NCBI RefSeq assembly: GCF_006345805.1
Contig: NC_043004.1
Span: forward strand, 101,308,001-101,372,000
DNA: 64,000 nt
Origin: Octopus sinensis
Lineage: Eukaryota
Reading direction: 5' to 3'
The notes under the pieces were generated by a model. That model searched no databases. It saw only the letters and a program-made list of their open reading frames with translations, and was not told the DNA's origin. A program made the position numbers and the translations under genes. Shown here piece by piece: positions 12,601 through 25,173 of this stretch (within the stretch, counting starts at the first letter, position 1; each line of letters begins with the position of its first letter).

Positions 12601-15600
12601 TTGGTCAACCCAAGGCTATAGTAGAAAACACTTGCCCAAGGTGCCATGCAGTGGGACTGAACCCGGAACCATGTGGTTGGTAAAAAAGCTACTTACCACA
12701 CAGCCACTCCTACTTTTAATTTTAAATCGTTTAATTTTTTAACATTTTTTTTGTTTTTTAGGTAAATGGTACTCAACCTCAAACATCCATGGGCAACCTT
12801 TCAAAACATATGAAAGCTTCTTATCTTGGTTCTGGTGATATTATAAAAACTACGAAAGAGATTATTCCAGGCCTTACCAGAATACTACAGAGAGAAGTTG
12901 AGCATACGAAGCATAAAATGAAACTGGTGACAAATTTTACTGAGGTAATTAATCTTTTAACATTCAGATTACCCTGTCAAATATAATGCTCATTTATTCA
13001 CATTGTTTTGTGTTAATCATGTATTTTCTCTTAGCTTTGAGATTTCAATGATGTTATTAATTTTTAGAGTGACATTTTGGGGTAGGTGTGAGAGGCTAGA
13101 TCTGGTCAATTTGAGTATATAACAGGTAGAATATTTGAGCAGGATCTGGCCAGTTTAAATGCTTAAGGGTTAAACAATATTACCTTCTTACTTTTATATT
13201 GACTGCCATACAGGTATGTATGTATGATTAAGGTGGTGGACTGCTGAGAGTCATGCTTACAAACGTTATATCAAATAGGGTATTTGCATCTCAGCAAAGC
13301 ACATTACTTTATTCAACCTTAATATGCTTGAATGACAGTAAGATATAAAATAAGCAGCAGGCATAGACTATTATTACACTGCCCTTGTCCTCTATACTAA
13401 ACTATTGTATATTAGCCTCGGCGAGCTGGCAGAAATGTTAGCGTGCCGGGCGAAATGCTTAGCGGTTGTTCATCTGTCGTTACGTTCTGAGTTCAAATTC
13501 CGCTGAGGTCGACTTTGTCTTTCATCCTTTCGGGGTCGATAAATAAATTACCAGTTTCGCACTGGGGTCGATGTAATCAACTTAATCCCTTTGTCTGTCC
13601 TTGTTTGTCCCTTCTATGTTTAGCCCCTTGTGGGCAGTAAAGAAATATATTAGCCTGTACAACATCATATGCCGGAACAGTGGATCTTTGGATCATGTCT
13701 AGTCATTCAGCTGACTGCATATGTACATAATCAAGGTCTATTCAATCAGAACTACTTTTTTTAACTGCTTAGTTGGGGAGGAATGAGATGAGCAGTATGT
13801 TCAGTCTTTTATTTTTTTACGATGCCTCTGAGAGAACCAAGCAGTCTGAACCGATATTTCTGAATCATACAAGCAACAGGACATATCCCAGTTTCTGAGT
13901 AATATTAAGAGCCCGGACAGTGTCCAAGTCTCACAACAACAGAGCAAGACAGGGAGGAGACCTGCAGGCTTGAACCTTTGTCTTCCTACTTAGATATCAG
14001 TTTGGTTATGTTGCTTGCATTTAGAAGTTTGAACCTGCATATCATGTTTTCTTCTCTTGAGGATCCGGTTGGAGTGATGGCTCATGCTGGTTGGCCACAT
14101 GCTATATGGTCACGGTGGACAAGGAAGTATCTTACAGAGATGGGGACTGACTGGGACAACCCAAATACCAACAAACAGTGGATGCAGCAGTGCACTGCAA
14201 CAGCACATGCCTCCATTTCTTACCTCATCTCTAAGATGCCTGAATACTTAAAACACTGAGTCTACTAAAGGCACCCAATTAGCAAGTGATGGTTAAGATG
14301 ACCAATTACATCTGCCATCCATTAATTCAGAATGCAAAGAGCAGGAACAAAATATTGCACCGTTCATTGATCCATTGCTCCCAACTGTTAAATTTATTTT
14401 ATAACCCTAAAATGATGAAAGCTAAGTTGACTTTGGCGTGATTTGACCTCAGAATGCAGGGAGCTACAACAAAACACTACCAGGTATTTTGTTTTATGCT
14501 CTTATGACACTTCGATTTGTCACCTTTCGGATTACACAACAGTGGAAACAGGGTCCACTCCTTTCTCACTTTAATGGTTAGTAGTAGTACATTTCTCTAG
14601 ATGTATACAAAATGATGGAAATATCCAAGCATTGGACCAAATACTTTACAATGTTTACTTTCTTCCTCCTGTATTCTGAATTCAAATGCCTCATGGATCA
14701 ATCAGCCTTGCCTTTCATCTTCCTAGGGATGATAATATAATTCAGCATGCTCAGCAGTCAGTTAAATTAATCATACCCTAAATGAGTGAGTTGAAAAAAT
14801 GGTAGAGGTCTGGATCAAAGATACTTCAGCTTTTAGTTTCAATTCATTGTGTCCTGAGTTCAATTCCCATTAAAGTTAATCTTTCTGTTCATTCTTTTGA
14901 AATGTTTCTTGATTTTTTTTGATTTTTTTTTAATACCTTATATGGCTTTTCTTACTCTTGATTGATAAAGATGTTTCATGCTAAAAATTTTGACAACTAT
15001 TTACTCTACAGGGATTCCTCAGTGTCGGCAGTACTATGCTACAGGATAACCAGAAAGGAGGATGGGAAGAAATGCCACCATTTGAACGTTCCGGTGTAGC
15101 AACAAATTTGGCTTACACTATGAAGACAACAGCTTTTAAAATGGCTTCACTGCTGACCATGCAATCTCAAATAGAGATAGCTACAGATAATATTGGTAAG
15201 CACATTTTAAAAAAAGAAAAAAAGGAATAATCCATACAGTTAAACTCAAACATGGCAAGTGCAATAATGTCTATACTCTTTTACTTGTTTCAGTCATTTG
15301 ACTGCGGCCAAGCTGGAGCACTGCCTTTAGTCAAGCAAATCGACCCCGGGACTTATTCTTTGTAAGCCCAGTACTTATTCTATCGGTCTCTTTTGCCGAA
15401 CCGCTAAGTGACGGGGACGTAAACACACCAGCATCGGTTGTCAAGCAATGCTAGGGGGACAAACACAGACACACAAACATATACACACACACATATGTAT
15501 ATATATACATATATACGACAGGCTTCTTTCAGTTTCCGTCTACCAAATCCACTCACAAGGCATTGGTTGGCCCGAGGCTATAGCAGAAGACACTTGCCCA

Positions 15601-16405
15601 AGATGCCACGCAGTGGGACTGAACCCGGAACCATGTGGTTGGTTAGCAAGCTACTTACCACACAACCACTCCTGCATGAATTTTTGTAATTTCAATACAT
15701 GATTCCTGACTTCTTTTTGTACTGTCATTTGTGAGATATTCACTGATAATATAATATATTGCCTATAATATTAACCAGCTTAGAAAAATGATCACACGTG
15801 ATGAATGAAAACGGTATGATAGGCATCCGCTGACATATTCATGGGAGATGAATGCCCCTTTATGAAGATTTGAAATGTGTGATAAGCGCTGCTGTCGGAA
15901 GATAGTACCCTTAGAAGAGGACATAATAAGTTGTAAGGTGGGATCTTAGGACACAGATTTCATCATCATCATCGTTTAACGTCCGCTTTCCATGCTAGCA
16001 TGGGTTGGACGGTTCAACTGGGGTCTGGGAAGCTCGAAGGCTGCACCAGGCCAGTCAGATCTGGCAGTGTTTCTACAGCTGGATGCCCTTCCTAATGCCA
16101 ACCACTCCGTGAGTGTAGTGGGTGCTTTTTATGTGCCACCGACACAGGTGGAAGACGAGGCTGGCGAACGGATACGCTCGGACGGTGTTTTTTATGTGCC
16201 ACCGACACAGGTGGCAGACGAGGCTGGCGAACGGCCACGCTCGGATGGTGTTTTTTATGTGCCACCGACACAGGTGCCAGACGAGGCTGGCGAACGGCAA
16301 TGCTCGGATGGGGCCGAAGAAACGATGGAAGATTGAAACTAGTGACAATAAACTGTATGGCAGACCAATCCGTGCCACTGGAAATGCTGATGTTAAAATA
16401 TTGTT

Positions 16406-16448
<43 letters not shown>

Positions 16449-17830
16449 TCTGTCAACCTGTTTGTGTGTATGTGTTGGTATTTATTATATTTTGTTGTAA
16501 ATTACACATGAATTCATAAAAATTTTGTACTGTGATTCTGGGAGTGCAATTTCACCTAAATGTTCTTGCAGACCTCGAAATAAAGGTTGCAGAAATTACA
16601 CAGCACCTACAAGATGTTAAAATGCCTTCCAGTCAGTATTTTCGTTCTGTTGAAGACTACATTATTATACCAAAGGAAAATTTAATAAAATATTCTCACG
16701 GAGGTAAGTTTTCTTTTCATGTGTTTGTTTATATTTGTTTCTTTTACCTCATCTCATCTCTCTCTCATATATATATATAAATTCATATAAATAAGGATAA
16801 GATCGTTAATTTAAATATTGATCTTATCAAGTATCGCATGAGGAGTTATGGGCGGGCAATTTAAACTGGTCACGTGCATATATATATATATATATGTATA
16901 TGTATACGTTCGTATATATGTAAGTATTCGTATGTTATATGTATATATATATATATATATATGTGAATTTATGTTACTATCTGTGTATATTCCACTGATG
17001 AGGCAAAGCTTTCTTATGCAAAGCCAGAAATCCGGGATCTGGAATTATCCAGTAATTTTTTTGCTAGTTTATTTTGTCCTTTTGTCTTCTCTCCTAGTGC
17101 TGTATGAACTTTTAATGTGGTTTTAGAGTTAAGTTTTGGCTGCTGTTTCCAGCATGGTGGTATCTCTTGAATACCCTAAATTATAATATATACACACACA
17201 CACACATATATATATATAATATATATATATATATATTATCATCCTCATCATCTTCCATGTACGCATGGGTAGGACACTTGACAGGAGACATCCAGGTAGA
17301 AAATCTACCCAAGGCTACTGTATCTGTTTTGGCTGGGATTTTAGGCTGGATGCCCTTCCTAACACCAAAGGATAAGCAAGTTAGGCAAGTCGATATACAA
17401 AATATGTTTAATACATTAAATACAAAAAATATATTTAATATATTAAATATTCTTTGTATACTGACCTGCCTAACTTGCTTATCCTTATATTTATTCCTCT
17501 GCCTGCTCAAGTTTAAACCTCTTGAGCACTTTTAGGTGTATTCTATACAGAGAATATCCAATTCTTATCTATATTCTACCAATTATATACATTTTTCTTA
17601 TATATTTTTTGCAATTTACTTAATCATTGATATTTTATTGTTATTTTAATTTTAATATTTCTATTATATGTAATTTTCTAGATGATGTAATTTAATTGTT
17701 CATTTTGAATTGATAAAAGGTGTTTTTTTTCTAATTTTTTATATATATATTATATTGTGTGAAATTTGATTTAGTATTTCTAAATTGAATTTTTTTCCTG
17801 TAAGTTTGGATTTATATTCCCTCAAATAAT

Positions 17831-17892
<62 letters not shown>

Positions 17893-20800
17893 GTGTGTGT
17901 GTATACACGTGTGTGAGTGTATTAGTAAGATCTTACCTATATTCACATTTTCATGCTACTAAGGGTTACAGAGTAAATTATTTCAAGTGGGAATTTTAAG
18001 GTTTATTATATATATATCCCTTGCATCTTATTTGATGTCTTTTTTCTTTTTTTTTGCAGGTTTGTATCGTGCTGTCTATATGGTGTACAAGAACCTTGAT
18101 GATTTGCTCAACAATGAGTTAGATGAAGATGTAATGGAAACTGACAAAAAACAAGGAGCTGGTGATGGTGATGATGGTGGTGATGATGATGATGTGGTGG
18201 ACAAGAAAGAATCTGTCCATGTTGAAACACGTGTACACAACAAGAAATTCAAAGAATCCCCTCAGCTTGATCTCCAACTTCAAGAGACAGATAACGACCA
18301 AGAAACAGTTGAAACAGAAATACAGGCCCCACAGAAAATCAACACCCGAATTTTGTCTGTCACCATTGACAACCGACAAAATACACAGTTAGAAAAGCCA
18401 GTGGTTTTTGTATTGAAGCATCTCGTGGTAAGCATCTTAAGAAAAGTAGTTCTAACATTGGTTACAGTTTCATTCATAATGTGAAAAATCATGTTTTGTT
18501 TTGGCCAAATTATATACATTCCACGGTATCAGTGTATGTTGTGAAAGAAATATTAAGCATTACATATCGTTTATAGGTGCAGGTATGGCTGTGTGGTTAA
18601 GAAGTTTGCTTCCCAACCACATGGTTTCAGGTTCAATCCCTCTACATGACACCTTGGTTTTGACAGGTATCAGTCTCTCATAATCCTTTATATAGCACAC
18701 ACAACAACAGAGAAAACTGGCCGTCCTTGTTGTTGTATATATACTGTTTTATTGTGTGAATATAGTCAATGTGTTTGGTTACTGTCTTTCTGTATGCATG
18801 TGTCTTAAAGTTATAAGTCTTAATAACTTTACTGGGCGTCGAAAGGATCTCTTAAAATATTTCCTATTTCTTCTTTTCTAGGATCAAGACCCACGGAATG
18901 CCAAATGTGTATTTTGGAATTATACAGTGTAAGTTGCTCTGTTATAATAATAATGATAATAATAATGATAATGAAATTATTGTAAACAGTGCTCAGGTGC
19001 ACCACAACTTGTCAGAAAGTGCGTATAGAGTACATGCAGTAATGTACAAATGTTTGGAAAGCGAACAATGTATGAGTCAGATACATGCTTGTGTGTGTAT
19101 GGAGGGGAGAAAATCAGGTGTAGTGTTGGCGAATCTCAGGAAGCATGGAAGTTTTGAAGGATGCAGTGCTCCGACAACTAACAACTGATACCGGCAGTTT
19201 GTTCCATGCTTCGTGTGTACTTAGCTATTTTATTGATATATTTGTAAGGGCCATTTTTATGAATATGTTGTTGTGTTATTGTAAATGTAAATATGTGTTT
19301 ACTGGTATTGTATCGATGATTCTCTACATATGTATCTCTCTAAAGAAAGTTGAACTGAAATTCGGGCAACTAAACCTTTGGAACATTTAAATTTCATTAT
19401 CTCAATATTGAATCAATTTCGGAATTAACCACATAAGGATTCGTTCGTCTTCAGTTGAGCTTACGAGAGAATATTAGTTGCCCGAATTTCAGTTCAACTT
19501 TCTGTAGCAAGTAGATTAAATGTGGAATATCAGTATATTGGCTTTAGAATAATCTTCTTTAGCCCTTGCTTATAAGATATTTATAATTTTTAACCATAAA
19601 GGTTCTTTTAATATACTGCCACAATTCCTGATGGAGTTTTTTTCTGTAGAGAAAAAGGCTTCATCCTTTTCAATATGTATCTCTCTATGTATGTGCTTTA
19701 ATGTCTTCTCTTTATTCTATAATTTTGCTGAGCTTTCTGCTTTTCTTCGACAGGCGAAACATGGATGGCCGTTGGTCCAGAAAAGGCTGTCAGCTTTTGT
19801 CCACCAATATGACCCACACAGCTTGTAAATGTAACCATCTAACTAGCTTTGCTGTACTTATGGACTTCATTGGCACCAAGGTGACATCATCAGTTATAAT
19901 ATTGTTGTTTTCTAAGTGGTTTTCATTCTGCCTCTTTATATTCTGACTTTAGTGGAGGCGCAATGGCCCAGTGGTTAGGTCAGCGGACTCGCGGTCATAG
20001 GATCGCGGTTTCGATTCCCAAACCGGGCGTTGTGAGTGTTTATTGAGCGAAAACACCTAAAAGCTCCACGAGGCTCCGGCAGGGGATGGTGGTGATCCCT
20101 GCTGTACTCTTTCACCACAACTTTCTCTCACTCTTACTTCCTGTTTCTGTTGTACCTGTATTTCAAAGGGCTGGCCTTGTCACTCTCTGTGTCACGCTGA
20201 ATATCCCCGAGAACTACATTAAGAGTACACGTGTCTGTGGAGTGCTCAGCCACTTACACGTTAATTTCACGAGCAGGCTCTTCCGTTGATTCGGATCAGC
20301 CGGAACCCTCGTCGTCGTATCCGACAGAGTGCTTCCATTCCATCCATTCTGACTTTAGAAAGCCATGGTCATCTTTAAAATAAAGTATTAATTGACTGTA
20401 ATCAATTTAATTGACTAACCTCCTTCTTCGAATTTCCCACCTCGTGCCCAGGTTAAAATTATTATAGAGCTTTGGAGTGTCGCACAAAATGACTTGCAAT
20501 ATCTCTTCCTGCTCGTTACATACTGTATTCAAATCCTGCTGAGATCAGCTTAGCCATTCATCCCATTATAATTATAATTATCGTTATTATTATTGAGGTG
20601 GGAAGCTGGCAGAATTGTTAGCATGCTGGATGAAATGTTTAGCAGTATTTCACCTGTCTCTACGTTTAAAGTTCAAATTCTGCCAAGGTCGACTTTGCCT
20701 TTCATCCTTGTGGGGTCAATAAGTTGAGTACCAGTGAAATACTAGGGTCAGTGTAATTGACTAGTCCTCTCCACACAAATCTGAGGCCTTGTGCCTCCAG

Positions 20801-22965
20801 CAGAAAGGATTATTATTAAGGTGGCCTGCTGGCAGAATTGTTAGCACACTGGACAAAATGCTTAATGGTATTTCACCTGTTGCTACATTCTGAGTTCAAA
20901 TTCCTCCAAGGTCAACTTTGCTTTTCATCCTTTCAGGGTTGATAAATCAAGTACCAGTGAAACACTGGAGTTGATGTAATCGACTTGTACCTTCCTGCCA
21001 AATTTCAGGCCTTGTGCCTTTAGTAGAAAGGATTATTACTATTAGGGTGGAATGCTGGTAAAATCTTTAGTACATTAAGAAAAATTCTTAGCATTTCTTG
21101 CAGCTGTTTACATACATTCTAACTTTAAATTGTCATGGTCAACTTTGTTTATTGGATTTTTAATATCTTTTTCTTAATTAAAATTCCTCCAATGTCAATA
21201 GTATTAGTACCAGTAATATAATATACCCTATTTTAACGTGTATAAGGAACCCTTTTTTGTCAAAAATTGGATTAAAAAAATATGGGGTTTTCTTATACAT
21301 GGTTAGTGTTATAATCCCTTACAAAACTGTTTTTCCAAATTTTAAGCCCCCAAAATTAAGGCTTCCTTATACATGTCAAAATATGGTACTGTGTTATTTC
21401 AGTCACCTTTATGAAGAGTTCGTGACTTGGGTTTAACTTTTAATAGTAACTAGCAGTATCGCCCGGCGTTGCTCGGGTTTGTAAGGGAAATAACTATATA
21501 AGCATTTTTAGAGAGTTATAGCCAAAAAATAGCAAAAAATGCATTAAAAATGGAAAAAAAATGATGGTAACTTTTTTTAAAAATCGTTGACTCATCGTAG
21601 ACATTTTTAGAGAGTTACTTCCCTTATATAATAGCGAAAAAAATGCATTAAAATGGAAAAAAAATGATGGTAAATTTTTTTTTAAATCGTAGACACATTG
21701 TAGACGCGTGCTAATACCCAGAAGGGCTCGATATGAATCACGACTATAAGATACCCGGTTTTGGTTAAACTGCACAGCAAAATGTGGGAGTAGTTAGGAA
21801 TCTAAATCATAGGAGACAGACACACAACTTCACTTTTATATATCAAGATTATAAAAATTTATTCTTGTCATTGAAAAAGAAAAAAAAAAAGAGAACAATA
21901 CCAAACACTGATATTGTTCTTTTCAATAAGTTAATTGTCTTGTTCTTAAGTTATACTGGGATAAATAGTAAAATTCATGCAGTATAACAGTTTAACTTCT
22001 GGATTGCACTTCGTCTTTCAGTCTGTACATGAAATATATAACACGACTATGTAAAAATTGAACTGAGTTTTGTTGTTTATCAAACCAAACTAATATTACT
22101 GTTGTTTTAGTTGTTATTGTTGCAGACATATCCGTTGTTGCTATGTATGTTTGTTATGATTGTTGTGGTTGTGACTCTTGTTGCTGTTGTTGTAATTGCA
22201 GTTGTTGTAGTTATAGCTGTAGTGGTGGTGGTAGTAGTAATTTTTGTTGTTGTTTCTCTCTTTAATGTTATCAAAGCTGGCAGAAACAGCACGCCGGGGG
22301 GCAAAATGCGTGGCCGTATTTCGTCTGCCGTTACGTTCTGAGTTCAAATTCCACCGAGGTCGACTTTGCCTTTCATCCTTTCGGGGTCGATTAAATAAAG
22401 TACCAGTTACGCACTGGGGTCGATGTAATCGACTTAATCCCTTTGTCTGTCCTTGTTTGTCCCCTCTATGTTTAGCCCTTTGTGGGCAGTAAAGAAATAT
22501 ACATTAGCAGTATCCACACCATCATCACCATCACTACCATCATCATCGTCATTGCAATTATCTTTGTAATTAATACGACCAGCACCATTCTCACTAATAT
22601 TTTTCTTTATATTTTTCTTTTTCCAGCCCCCTGGCCCACATGTTGATGCCCTGTACATTATCACTTTCGTTGGCTGTATTCTCTCCATTATCGGCCTTTT
22701 CTGCTGTTTTGTAACGTTCAGCTACTTTAGGTAAGTTGATCCCTCTCAATCCACTTCTTGTATGGCTTCTTTTCTCAGTAGTGTTAACCCACCGAATCAC
22801 CTGCTTTAACCACCTCACGATCTTCTCCCCCAACACTAATTAAAAAGTTGTATCTCTACTTCTAAAATGTTCACTTAAATCCTTCCCTCATCCTTCTCCT
22901 GTCCTATCCCTCATGACCATGCACAAAACAATAAAGAATATATATATATATATATGTATATATAT

Positions 22966-23005
<40 letters not shown>

Positions 23006-25142
23006 CTAATGTAGGATAAAATGTTTTTCGGGAAAAAAATTTTATCAATGGCCAGCATATCAAAAAATACCTTTAAAGGGTAAATTTATAAATAATTTAC
23101 AAAGTGAGGGCAGAAGAAAAATTCTAATGCCAAATATGCCGAAAAAAACCCCAAAAATTGTCAATAACCATTATAATTATAAACTATTATGGTTATTGAC
23201 AATTTTTGTCTTTTTTTCGGCATATTTGGCATTAGAATTTTTCTTCTGCCCTCATTTTGTAAATTATATATATATATATATATATACATATATTAGTAAA
23301 AATAAAATAATGTATAAAGAAGGGGCCCCATGAGCAACATGAGGGGTTTGTAGAAAGATTGCTTAAATTGCTACACAGTCAAAATTTGTTGAAGGTTGGT
23401 CTAAATTCTTGCAATATATTATTAAATTTAAATTAAGGGCATGTTAGAGGCAAATTAAAACAATGCATGCACACACATACATACACACCTTTACAGATAT
23501 ATGTATATAGATGTGTGTGAATATATATTAATATATGTACAATGTAATATATTATACTGATCCACATCAGATGATTTCACCAATTAGTTTTGCACTTAAG
23601 AGTTAGAAAACCCCAATCCCAATACTTGAAACCAATTAGTTAGATCAACTGAAATGATTCTATAATATTGTATTGTATAAATATCAATATACCCACTGCT
23701 GATTAAATATACGATTGTCTGTTTCTTTTTCTAACATATGGATTCTTAGATGATATATATATATATAGTGCCGGTGGCACGTAAGAGAACCATTCGAACG
23801 TGGCCATAGCCAGCGCCGCTCTGACTGACTGGCTTCCATGCCGGTGGCACGTAAAAAACACCATCCGAATATGGCCGTTTGCCAGCCTTGTCTGGCACGT
23901 AATGACTGAAACATATATATATATATACACACACTACAACAACTTTATGTTGGGAATGTTTTGGGCTAAAATATACTGAAACAAATATACAAAGTATAAT
24001 GTTAAGAGTATAAGAAAAGAGAAGCTTCCTTATTGGTAAAAATACTAGGTAATTTAGATTAAGTAGTTGTCAGTTGTACACACATACACACTCACATGCA
24101 TGTACAAAAGCTATCTTACGATGAGCTTGATAGTCTGAATAAATGATTTTTGCTTATTACATTTTCTAACTACAAATTGCAAGTCACTTGAACTTAGACT
24201 TCATATTTTGGGCAAATCAGACTCAGTCGATGTCTATGTATAATGGTAATAGGGAACCACACCAAATTTTTGTATATAAGTGTGTGTGTGTCAGTCTGGA
24301 TACGTATATTTTTATTAAATACTAGCAGTATCGACCGGCGTTGCTCGGGTTTGTAAGGGAAATAACTATATAAGCATTTTTAGAGATGTAAAGTATAAGA
24401 GCCATCTCAATATGGCTAACCACAAAGGGGGGTGTTACTGTAGCTTTTTACGTTTTGAGATTTAATAATACATTTTTAGAGAGTTACTTCCCTTATATAA
24501 TAGCTAAAAAATGCATTAAAAATGGGAAAAAATGATGGTAAATTTTTTTTTAAATCGTAGACTCATTGTAGATGCGCGCTAATACCCAGAAGGGCTCGAT
24601 ATGAATCACGACTATAAGATACCCGCTTTTGGTTACACTGCACCGCAAAATGTGGGAGTAGTTAGGAATCTAAATCGTAGGAGACAGACACTCACACAAC
24701 TTCACTTTTATATATAAAGATATACATTTATAAATGAATTTATAGTATTGGAAATCATTTCAGATTCTAGTTGATCAAAGGAATTCAGTGGTGGTGGGCG
24801 GTGATATATGTGCGTTTGTGTGTATATTGGGTAGTCTGTTATTTATGACAAGGATGACTCTCAGCCACAATAAAGAATTAAACACCTTAAAGTCAGGTGA
24901 TTGATATAAGCATTGTAAAATAATATCCTGTGGGCTTGTTGTTACAATATTTGCATAAACACACACACACACACACACCTTCTGTAATTCCCCAAAATTG
25001 AAGAAAAACTACAGCTCAGTAAAGAACTCAATAAATTTTGTATGTAGACCCTTTGTATGTTCTATAAATGAAATGATACCTTATGAGTGTATGCTTATTT
25101 CAAAGTATTTTTGTATATTGTCAAAGATCTTTAGACCAGAAA

Positions 25143-25173
<31 letters not shown>

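Noticed and set aside
16135-16312. Regularly spaced repeats suggesting a CRISPR-like array
   Set aside because: Whole 63-bp units are near-identical with no unique spacers; the context is eukaryotic and they are part of family B.
19953-20035. tRNA-like sequence with A and B boxes (also 11520-11585)
   Set aside because: It is the head of a SINE with body, tail and TSD; no clean acceptor stem.
22111-22341. Hydrophobic poly-Val ORF upstream of the TM1 exon
   Set aside because: Encoded by a GTT/GTA triplet microsatellite running into a family C SINE; the real TM1 is at 22627-22730.
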